Below, one piece after another: positions 51,201-59,200 of a DNA stretch of 64,000 nt; the first letter of the stretch is position 1; every line of letters starts with the position of its first letter. The notes beneath the pieces are model-generated. The model made no database searches. It was not told the origin of the DNA and saw only the letters and a program-made list of their open reading frames with translations. Source of the DNA: Phoronis australis (lineage: Eukaryota > Animalia > Phoronida); the NCBI GenBank assembly GCA_002633005.1, contig NMRA01000261.1:62001-126000 (forward strand), in the 5' to 3' direction. The position numbers and the translations under genes were made by a program.

Positions 51201-52733
51201 GGAAATGTTCCTTTAAGAGACACTAGAATCTTCAAATATCCATAGTTTGGTGTTGCCGTGTTTAGTTGCTGCTGTACATAGTTTAGCTAACCATCATATT
51301 TTCATATTGAATCTTAACTTTATCCAACTTTCACCTTCAGTATGTCTGGTGTATAGTGCGTCTGTTCATAACCTGTGAACAAAGTTTATTTCACTCTTAA
51401 AATATCACTCTTGCTATGGATTTTGCTACATATATTTTATTGTAAGCCATAAGACAAATGTTGTGTGCGATTTCAATGTAAAAAACACCCTTGAGACAAA
51501 TGACTTGTGCCTATAAATTAGTCCTTTGCAAACTACGAAGCAAAATGGATTTTTGTCCTAGTTCTTTCGGCGGATTGTTAGATGGATTTTGTATCTGATA
51601 GATGGGGACTTGAACTTTTGAGGTTATTTCCATGATTTGTATCCCTTTCAAAAATTACATCTGTGATAGCTTACCTAGTTGATATCTTATTTATCATGTA
51701 CATGTACTTATTTCTGTCTGGTTATTGTAGTTTGTTAGTCAGTAAATTTGCTCATCAGTTGTTTTTCACAGTATTTGACAGAAAGAATGAGTCCGCCCAA
51801 TATGTTGAAGGTTGATGCTTTTTAAGTTCATAAAAACATTTGCTTTTCTAATTTAGAGTGAAAAAATATGTCTTTTGATTTTGAACTCTTACCATCATCA
51901 CTCGCTCCTTACACAATGTAGTAGCAATTTCTGAACTTGGGATGAACCGACAGATTGTTCAGGCTCGGTAAGTTGGTGTTACCCCCGAGACTTTTCTGTG
52001 GAGATCATAGCCTCAACTGTCGGTTCTTCGCAAGCCCAGAAATTACTTCTCAATAATTTGAGTATAAGGAACAAGTTAGTATAAATTAAAAGGTTTCCCT
52101 TTTGGTAGAAGGCACATTGCTGTTAAATATGTGTACTCATGTCGTGCAGGTCAACTAGAAGCACATTGCTATTAAATATGTGTACTCATGTCTTGCAGGT
52201 CAACTAGAAGCACATTGCTATTAAATATGTGTACTCATGTCTTGCAGGTCAACTAGAAGCACATTGCTATTAAATATGTGTACTCATGTCTTGCAGGTCA
52301 ACTAGAAGCAAGTAGTGGTAAAGTGTCCTCTGCTCAGAAGTCCTTATTATTTACTCACGCTGAAAAATCACAATCGGGAGGCGTGGTTGAGAAACGGATG
52401 TTGTCCACTCATGGGACACAGGAGAGTGTGCCCAGTGTAAGTTTCAAACCAATCGCTTTGTCGTCCATTCAACAATTCAAGACGAACAGTGTTGTGCACA
52501 AACCAGATGTCACTAGTGTGCAGACTGGTGCACAAGACCCCCAGCACAAAGCAAGTGAGAGTAGTGGAGTTGTCCGCACACTTGTACCACAGCTGGACAC
52601 ATTACTAGTCTCATCCAGTGGTGGGAACAAAGGGACATCTGAAAGGACAGTGCCATCTGATGTGTCAGTTGAAACAGAGTCAGTCAGTGAAAAGGGCAAT
52701 ATAGATGTTGTGATTCTATCAGATGATGACTAA
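15110..52733 (+). CDS. CABIN1: Calcineurin-binding protein cabin-1 (HIRA histone H3.3 chaperone complex subunit), 40 coding exons, ~2320 aa; ATG in an unresolved upstream exon
   Basis: Hand-spliced GT-AG exons give one continuous frame (6963 nt plus ATG). Peptides match recalled CABIN1 motifs: [145 protein letters not shown]. Confidence 0.96.
15651..15764 (+). CDS. CABIN1: CABIN1 exon (TPR region)
   Basis: [42 protein letters not shown] bounded. Confidence 0.92.
16582..16713 (+). CDS. CABIN1: CABIN1 exon
   Basis: [44 protein letters not shown]. Confidence 0.92.
17293..17394 (+). CDS. CABIN1: CABIN1 exon
   Basis: [34 protein letters not shown]. Confidence 0.93.
17644..17722 (+). CDS. CABIN1: CABIN1 exon
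   Basis: [26 protein letters not shown]. Confidence 0.93.
18040..18200 (-). mobile_element. Penelope-like retroelement GIY-YIG endonuclease C-terminal fragment
   Basis: [51 protein letters not shown] fits the SAxxxH...ID...IL...LxIKEAxHI...LNR pattern. Confidence 0.75.
18425..18554 (+). CDS. CABIN1: CABIN1 exon
   Basis: [42 protein letters not shown]. Confidence 0.92.
18933..19082 (+). CDS. CABIN1: CABIN1 exon
   Basis: [49 protein letters not shown]. Confidence 0.9.
19186..19235. repeat. (CA)n microsatellite
   Basis: Interrupted CA run. Confidence 0.9.
19324..19535. repeat. Minisatellite, ~33-36 bp x6
   Basis: aaatgaggtgaatctaggggttacttctgtcaatgg-like units. Confidence 0.9.
19891..19957 (+). 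CDS. CABIN1: CABIN1 exon
   Basis: [22 protein letters not shown]. Confidence 0.9.
20410..20935. mobile_element. MITE with imperfect inverted ends
   Basis: gcatttggcatcctggcaaaaatc pairs with gatttttcccaggtcgcctaatgc. Confidence 0.55.
20978..21425 (+). CDS. CABIN1: CABIN1 exon (low-complexity, internal ~16-aa repeats)
   Basis: [16 protein letters not shown]...KEVVSMTT; open frame, phase fits neighbours. Confidence 0.87.
22404..22516 (+). CDS. CABIN1: CABIN1 exon (basic NLS-like; CAGCAG tandem acceptor)
   Basis: [37 protein letters not shown]. Confidence 0.9.
22915..22997 (+). CDS. CABIN1: CABIN1 exon
   Basis: [27 protein letters not shown]. Confidence 0.92.
23130..23592. repeat. Minisatellite, 42 bp x ~11
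   Basis: ctgaatgtgcacagtgtactgtttaatattcagaagttctgg units. Confidence 0.95.
23749..23831 (+). CDS. CABIN1: CABIN1 exon
   Basis: [27 protein letters not shown]; phase bridges flanking exons. Confidence 0.83.
24605..24749 (+). CDS. CABIN1: CABIN1 exon
   Basis: [47 protein letters not shown]. Confidence 0.88.
25867..25944 (+). CDS. CABIN1: CABIN1 exon
   Basis: [25 protein letters not shown]. Confidence 0.88.
26289..26328 (+). CDS. CABIN1: CABIN1 small exon
   Basis: [13 protein letters not shown]; 40 nt needed for phase continuity. Confidence 0.8.
26517..26596 (+). CDS. CABIN1: CABIN1 exon
   Basis: [26 protein letters not shown]. Confidence 0.88.
26884..27020 (+). CDS. CABIN1: CABIN1 exon
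   Basis: [45 protein letters not shown]. Confidence 0.87.
27819..27889 (+). CDS. CABIN1: CABIN1 exon
   Basis: [23 protein letters not shown]. Confidence 0.9.
28829..28907 (+). CDS. CABIN1: CABIN1 exon
   Basis: [26 protein letters not shown]. Confidence 0.85.
29794..31326 (+). mobile_element. Helentron-associated non-autonomous element (HINE/DINE-1-like) with a central 450-bp (3 x ~150 bp) tandem array
   Basis: T-run, 5' subTIR atgcgcccac, nearby IR gtggacgcat, (gtcc)n microsatellite, tandem core, 3' subTIR gtgggcgcat, CAACGC-tct-GCGTTG hairpin, then cttgtt. Confidence 0.85.
31706..31845 (+). CDS. CABIN1: CABIN1 exon
   Basis: [46 protein letters not shown]. Confidence 0.9.
32047..32261 (+). 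CDS. CABIN1: CABIN1 exon
   Basis: [42 protein letters not shown]...VLTELD. Confidence 0.92.
33188..33361 (+). CDS. CABIN1: CABIN1 exon
   Basis: [29 protein letters not shown]...[12 protein letters not shown]. Confidence 0.92.
34211..34315 (+). CDS. CABIN1: CABIN1 exon
   Basis: [34 protein letters not shown]. Confidence 0.9.
34469..34670 (+). CDS. CABIN1: CABIN1 exon
   Basis: [15 protein letters not shown]...[27 protein letters not shown]. Confidence 0.94.
35171..35272 (+). CDS. CABIN1: CABIN1 exon
   Basis: [34 protein letters not shown]. Confidence 0.93.
36039..36172 (+). CDS. CABIN1: CABIN1 exon
   Basis: [44 protein letters not shown]. Confidence 0.9.
36281..37432 (+). mobile_element. 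Older, decayed copy of the same HINE family
   Basis: atgtgcccacgtatttatgtgggtgca start, gtgccccctagtggcaattttag subunits, end gtgtgcacatttcaatgcttcgtgttactcgtgtt. Confidence 0.75.
37659..37721 (+). CDS. CABIN1: CABIN1 exon
   Basis: [20 protein letters not shown]. Confidence 0.93.
38558..38669 (+). CDS. CABIN1: CABIN1 exon
   Basis: [37 protein letters not shown]. Confidence 0.93.
38661..39355 (+). repeat. Minisatellite ~56-62 bp x12 beginning at the exon donor site
   Basis: agctct|gtaggtaacat recurs in each unit; 176-bp higher-order repeat. Confidence 0.95.
40270..40434 (+). CDS. CABIN1: CABIN1 exon
   Basis: [55 protein letters not shown]. Confidence 0.94.
41154..41360 (+). CDS. CABIN1: CABIN1 exon
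   Basis: SCVGEDD...[29 protein letters not shown]. Confidence 0.93.
41790..42240 (-). mobile_element. Possible highly decayed CR1/L2-type LINE fragment
   Basis: Broken peptides VSNY*SI and [18 protein letters not shown] resemble SNYRPI and KLNIL..IYKL...FMY; short-repeat tail. Confidence 0.3.
42379..42471 (+). CDS. CABIN1: CABIN1 exon
   Basis: [31 protein letters not shown]. Confidence 0.93.
43312..43475 (+). CDS. CABIN1: CABIN1 exon
   Basis: [54 protein letters not shown]. Confidence 0.92.
43997..45299 (+). CDS. CABIN1: CABIN1 large exon (S/T/E-rich disordered insert plus conserved helical end)
   Basis: Lies within the 443-aa ORF; QDHDY motif near start, [28 protein letters not shown] at end; cag|...aag|gtaat. 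Confidence 0.92.
46237..46451. repeat. Two-copy ~125-bp tandem duplication
   Basis: attagcaccacct...aaagctca.ttt.aaatata..acctaattgctgcaatagactg occurs twice. Confidence 0.8.
46731..46850 (+). CDS. CABIN1: CABIN1 exon
   Basis: [40 protein letters not shown]. Confidence 0.93.
47347..47510 (+). CDS. CABIN1: CABIN1 exon
   Basis: [54 protein letters not shown]. Confidence 0.93.
47793..48030 (+). CDS. CABIN1: CABIN1 exon
   Basis: [19 protein letters not shown]...[11 protein letters not shown]...[13 protein letters not shown]. Confidence 0.92.
47991..48212 (+). repeat. Perfect 74-bp x3 tandem repeat spanning an exon donor
   Basis: Identical copies, each with aaagaccag|gtagga. Confidence 0.97.
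48540..48614 (+). CDS. CABIN1: CABIN1 exon
   Basis: [25 protein letters not shown]. Confidence 0.87.
49123..49221 (+). CDS. CABIN1: CABIN1 exon
   Basis: [33 protein letters not shown]; symmetric phase 0. Confidence 0.75.
49940..50366 (+). CDS. CABIN1: CABIN1 exon (S/T-rich)
   Basis: [16 protein letters not shown]...IRSTPESV; cag|...g|gtgagt. Confidence 0.83.
52112..52310 (+). repeat. 49-bp x4 tandem repeat spanning the terminal-exon acceptor
   Basis: gcacattgctattaaatatgtgtactcatgtcttgcag|gtcaactagaa. Confidence 0.97.
52297..52733 (+). CDS. CABIN1: CABIN1 terminal coding exon
   Basis: [13 protein letters not shown]...[14 protein letters not shown]; phase matches previous donor. Confidence 0.83.
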
Positions 52734-52993
52734 AACTGTGGTACAATGTCACCAGTTAGGACACAGTGTGGCACATGGGGGCAATTTGGTCTGTACACTT
52801 TTTTATTAAAGACAGGTAGTACCAAATCAATGCTTTGCCAATTTTTAATGTTATTACATCGAGTAGTTATGGCCTTCACAGCAATGCTAATGAAAAAAGT
52901 TCTGCCAATTTCATTTGTCCTAAAGTAGTGAGATGTTATTTCCCAGCTGGTAGAATTTCTTGTGTAGTATGGTAGTCTAGTTATAATCCTTAA

Positions 52994-54662
52994 AGGAGAA
53001 TGCCATCCGATTTAATTAGTCTTTTTTGCCATCTTAATCGGTCTATAGCCACTTCGCCTCGCATACGGTCGACCTTACCTTGCCAAAAGGTGTCGCGTTA
53101 ACCTGTGAGGAAGGTGAGAAATGACACTAGCGACGTCAGTGGTTCCTATGCAGATTGAATGCCTCTATGTTGTGGTGCATCATTCCCGCTTGTCCGAACA
53201 AAGCAGCTGCGAGGAAAGCGGGTATATGGTTTTTTTTTACTTCCTCGAGAGTCCGAAATGCTTAGGAAGTGGCTCATGGTAGTGAAGAATGAAATATACG
53301 CTGTAAATAGCAAGTATGAGGCCGTGAAACATCTTGGTGTCTGTGGCCTGCAGACGTCGACAGTGCCTGACGAATGCCGGCTTACCAAATAACTCCATAC
53401 GTTCCGTTGTTTGAGCTTGTTCACGGTGCCTCTCTAGTATTTCTTCATCAATGTATTCCTGTTCGAATTGATAGCCTGTAAATCTTAACGATCCACCTGC
53501 GAAGTCGGGACTGATGAGCTCTAGCTCGTCCTAAGTTGGGATTGCGAGTTGCCATGTTTGGCGTATATTACTGAGCGTTCTGTTTCAAAATGAATTATTC
53601 TCACCCTAACCAATACTTATATAAAACTGAAACAAAGTCTGTCGCATTAGATGCAATTTGTAATGCCTTTGGAGTGTTCGTGAGTGCAAATGATTTGAGA
53701 AGCCAGCAATGAATAAATCACTGCGTTACCGGCTTTAGGTGCAATAAAACTAATTGACGGGACACCGAGGCCGGTGTGAGCTCATGCTAATTTAATGTTT
53801 GCTGGCAGAAACTGTTTTGAAACAACTCGATTTCCATCCCACGGCCAGGTGTTAGGGGAATCTTTATTTACATTTACATTACTCGAATAATTTTGTCAAT
53901 GTACAACTTCTGCCCTGACCGTGCCTGGGGCCAAAGCGGAACATGAATTCGCGGCCTGAGTAAGCAGATTTGCAGTTTTGTGGCTAATTCACCAACATTA
54001 TCACGCGCATATTACTTTGGCTCACTAGTTTAGTATTTTCTTGACTGGAAGTTTAGTTTCCACTGAACATTGGCTGGTTTATGTTCATGTCTGATCAGTT
54101 TCCGAGCCACTGGCCGGGATAAAGAGTCAATCCGGCCCGGCCGCAACGGGCCTGATCGGGCTCCGAGCCACTGGCCAGGATAATAAGCGTTTTGTGTTTA
54201 GAACTCAAAAAATCACAAGTCTAAACACTGAACACAGATCTAGGTTCTCCAGTCTGTATCTCACGGAAAATACTTTGAATTTATCTCCGAACAGACCCCA
54301 AACTCTTGCTACGGACCTTATTGGCCTGCCGAAGTTTGAAGGCTACGGTGTGTCCAAATACCAATAAATCCGTAAGAGCGAAATAAAACAACACGCTTTT
54401 ATAAGAACGCGGTGTATTTTTAAGCGTTTTACATCGAAGTTTGATGATTTATTGGTGTTAAACGATGACTTCAAGCGATAAGCTGACACCAGTAACCCGT
54501 GTTGTGAACTGCTGAACAGACTGTGTGAAACCGATGACGTCATTGGATAATTTCAACACCTCCGTCAGGTGTCAGGTAACGCAACCGTATGTGTCGTTAT
54601 GGAGTAGAACTACTCTATCTAAATTGATACAAATTAGGTTGTTTTTTGGGTGGCATGCTCCT
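52994..54662 (+). mobile_element. Kolobok-type DNA transposon derivative (TTAA TSD) with a THAP remnant
   Basis: ttaa|AGGAGAATGCCATCC ... GGGTGGCATGCTCCT|ttaa; 53159 ORF MPLCC...GFFLLPRESEMLRKWL...HLGVCGL is THAP-like. Confidence 0.8.
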
Positions 54663-56180
54663 TTAAGTGGATTGGATTGATAGGTTGTTGAAGGGTGCTG
54701 TGGCAAACTTCAAACTGGAATTAATAGTTAGTGTTGACAAATCTTCCCATGGAAACCATCGATGAATTCCATTAATGTTCAATCCATGGCTTTATCATGT
54801 GTAATCAGGAATTATTAATAATTCGCAATGATGGAGACGCCCAAAACAATGGTGGCTCTGAACAGGGCTTTGAGATAAATGAAGGCGATATTTAAAGAAA
54901 TATTGAGAATTTTTCACAGCTTGTTTTACATCAATGAAGACATATAGTTGGTTTAATGTGAAATGTTATTAAAATTATATGTTCTCATTAAGACATTGTC
55001 ATTGAGCTATAGCCTCATCCCAGGATATCAGATCTCACCTCTGAACTCTGACTCTCATCCCAGACTTTAACTTGGGGAGAGTGAAAATTTGTACATTTGT
55101 TTTAATCAAGGGATGCCGTGCATTTAGTCAATTTTCAAGTCATGTTTTTGTGTACAGAGCTTAGACTCCAGATGTACCTAATTTTTGTTGTGTTGGAGTC
55201 TAAAAACAAATCTGTATACTGTGAAAAGGAACTGTTTTATCCATTGTAAAACTAGTCATTTTTAAGTTCATGTTGCATCCTAAATGAAAACGTGTGGAAA
55301 CGAGACATTTTGCTCACTTTTGAATTTCAACTCTAAATGTTACTCTTCAATTAGGCCAAATCTGATGACACAAACTGAGTAAGTACCAAAATATTTGTGA
55401 ATACATCCAAATCTGTATTTAGCATACTGTATGCCTAAACTAAACATAATATCTCGATAACAATATTTGTGTGTGTGCACTTTACTGAACCAGTTTCACA
55501 TCAAAACAAGATGGTATTTTGCTTTGTATTCTCATCAACTGATACTTACTGTACGTTTTATGAATTCAGTCTTCAATACTGCTGCCATGACATTTGTAAA
55601 AATACATCCACAAAACAAGACAAACTAGGCAGTATCAAATTATGTCTAGTTTTTTGGTACCATAAGAATCTCTGAATAATGTAATCTCCTATATTGCACT
55701 GCGACCCAGATAAGAACAATTGACTGTTCAACTAAATTACATGCTGTGCAAAACATTGTGACAAAGTTATTACAAAACACTTGGATTTTAAAATAGCTTT
55801 AAAGTGTATTTATATTACCATGTACATTGTAGTTGAAGTGTTAAATGACGCAGTGTTACACAACTTCCTGGTTTAAGTTGTTCTACACAACTTCAATGCC
55901 AATAAATCTTCCTTTGTCATTGTTTGAAACTTTACTGGATTGACCACTATAGCTAATACACCTAATAACAAATAATCAAAAGTTGCCCTGCAACTTAATA
56001 CAACTTGAGTTGCAGACTCTGAAGCTGTGACCGTCACTTTGAAATGGTGTCTGGGGTTTTGCCTACACACAGTCACTCACACGTTGTTTTTTCCACAACC
56101 ATTGATACAGTAGTGTATTGCTAGTAATCACATTGAGCAAAAGGGGTCTCCACAGGCCTGTCACATTGGATAGAGGAGAT

Positions 56181-56279
56181 CTAAACTTCCACTAAGTATT
56201 TAGCAGGACAGCGCAGCTGCTTGTCTCCAACTTTGATCAAAATCATACCAACTTCTTCAGGGCCAGCCTGCACCACAAT
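56181..56279 (-). CDS. STAC: STAC-like terminal exon (second SH3)
   Basis: IVVQAGPEEVGMILIKVGDKQLRCPAKYLVEV*. Confidence 0.87.
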   Translation of the reverse strand: MVVQAGPEEVGMILIKVGDKQLRCPAKYLVEV

Positions 56280-59200
56280 CTGAAAGACAAGTTCCGTTTG
56301 CAAACTAAAGTTTAAAGTCTGTCGATATATCATTTATACCATGTTCACATTTGAGTTTGAAATGGCAGATCAGCATTCATGAAGACATCTATCTTTCATC
56401 ACTTGACTTGTTCAAGCAACTCTGCCTCGCAGTAACAGTAGTATGTGAAATTCTATAATTCTGATAGAGTACAAAAAACCACCCCTCAACAAAGTTTAAT
56501 CGCAAGTTATGTGACGAATGATCTTGTGATATGTCCCACATTCCAGCTCAATTCTTGGCTGATCATCAGACGTGAATTATTCAAGACCAATTTCATAATG
56601 GTCAGTGGTCTAAATCAAAATTTGATGTTTTGACAGAAAAGCACAGGTTTAATGTAGCTTCACAGACATGTCCACCACAAACATGATACACATAACCAGA
56701 TGCCATGTGAACACTGCATTGTTTAGTCTTTAGTTGCACATGTTTACACAGTCGTGTCCAACTCAAATGTCTTGCAAATTACCGTTAACCAGTCTAACAT
56801 CATAAAAACATTGTGGTGATCACTTCTGTTCAAGCAAGACATGTCAATGTGAACCACATGGGTTGGAAACAATAAGAGCACACTCTAACTTTTGAAAGTT
56901 TAGTAAAAAAGTGAGATTTTCTAGTAAATCACAGTTTGTTCACATTTCCGACAGCAATTATATTTAATTGAATCAAACTTAGGTTAGTAAATCGAGTGTT
57001 CTGTACGAACATAGGTCGTCTCTCAAACGTTACAGAAGTTTCTCCGTACCTCACTTAACCGGACATTTTTTTACCTTCATTGTTGGTCAGTGTAATGGCT
57101 CACAGGCATGCAAGGGTCAGGAAACAAGCGTGCAGTAACAAGAGTATTCACTGAGGCTGATTCAGTACAGACATGTCATTTTCCCCTAAGAAATACGATA
57201 TTAGCCAAAAGTGATGTAATTGAATATGATGGTTTGTTGACCAGAGATGGATGTGTTCCATAAGGATAGTGTAACATCCAGGCATTAGTTTATGGCGTGC
57301 GAGTCGTGGTGCGGGACAAAAACACAGCACGAACAATGCACTAGATTGTTATCTGAATTTGAAAACTTTTGTCGTCTAGAGTTGAAACTAAAAGAGAGAT
57401 ATTTGTAATGAAAGCCTTGAGTGTTGACTTTAAACCTGCCATCAAACTCGCCTCAAACATTTTTTCGTGAATCGTAATTCAAAAGGCCACCTTTAAGTAC
57501 CAGCACACGAGATCAATGGTACTATGTCGTGGGAGATTGACATGGTGTATAATTGAGCAGCCATCATGTGAGTTCTATTCTATGTGTGAGAAATTCAGCG
57601 TGCTTGACATGAACTCCACAAGCCAAAGGAGGCTACTGTTGGCCATGACAGGGTCATGTATACCATCAGGGACAATGTCTTGTGCTTGAGTGCAGGCATT
57701 GTGAACTTGGTTAGGTTAGTCAAATGCCCTCATTCTTGGTATTTGGGTGAAATTTGTAATCTGTAGCACTTGAGAATGAACTGCCGCAAACTGTCAATAT
57801 CACACAACATTATGACGTACACTCTCCCAATATTGGATATTGTTTGACCTCACAGTGCCGGTGGTCAAAGGTGGCTTTTCAGACATTCATTTAGGAAACA
57901 ATGCGAGGTCGAGTTTATTGGAAAATTTAAAAAACAACACCCAAGGCCTTGAGAGGGATAAAGATGTCCTCAGTAATTATGAATCTGTGCTGGATCGTAA
58001 TAATGAACACTCATGTAACTTATCTTTGCATGACTCGTTTGCGTTTGGGCATTATTAAAAGGACACCAAACCCGGTTTTGGCCTATTAACAAAAATGACT
58101 TTCCCGTCCAGTTCTCAGGAAGGAAATAATGCTCTGTAACCATTGACATTAACCCTCTAAAGTCTGTATGAAAATTTGAAAACTCCTTTCAAAGTCTGCT
58201 GAACGGGAAAGTGCGATTTACGCTTTTAGCGAGCCACGGCAACTGTGGGAAAAGACCACCCACCAAGGATCGTAATGTTCAACTTGTGAAATGGGGGTAT
58301 GAGTTTTCAGTTGACTCCTGCTTTTTTCTTTCAACATCGACATCAATGACGCATTGGCAGGTGACAGATCAAGGATTGGTTAAAATCATCAAAACAGGGT
58401 TTACTATCCTTTTAATGCTTTTGTGACCTTGGCTTTAACCTTATCCTGCAGTCTGCCTCGCCCCTTAAGAAACAGCAATGCTGGAAATGTTTGATCTGTT
58501 ATACAATTTAAAATCACAGTTTGTCTTCTTTTATATTATACAGTTATAAAAAATTAAGCAGTTCTGTTGTAGTTATTATATCAGACTAAACCGGTAATGG
58601 TCGTATACAACGTGCCCACATTTTGAGATTAAACCAGTTTTCTCCAGTGAACAATGGGCATCAACCTGGTTCTCAAAACATGGGTACGTTATATCCGACT
58701 GTTGCCACTAAACCAACCTGATCTCTGGACAGCTTGATATGAGTGTCTCCTTCACACAGCTCCAGACCTGACATCACTTGGAATACCTTCTGCCCAGGGT
58801 GAACAGACTGGACACACTTGGCCGGAAAGTAGCCAACCTTGCCATTGCATCGACCCTTCCACCAGTCAGGGTCAGAGGTATCTATAGCTTTGACACGCCA
58901 ACCAGCTCTGCAAAAACCACAGCAAATGGAACTTTGTTTATCAGTATGATATACAACTATCATCCCTGTTTAGTTTAGTAGGTCTCACGGAGTGGGGGGT
59001 GCTTTGTGGACCAGTCCACAGGGCCTAAAAGTCAAGCAGTAGTGGAAAAATAAGTTGTTTGTTCATATATGTACCCACCACAATTATAAGGATACCTTAG
59101 TTCAAAAATAAAAATGGCTAAATGTTTAAAAATACCCACTTTAATACCAATTTGCTAAAAACCTAATAGTAAAATTTCACCAGTTTCGAACCAAAATAAC

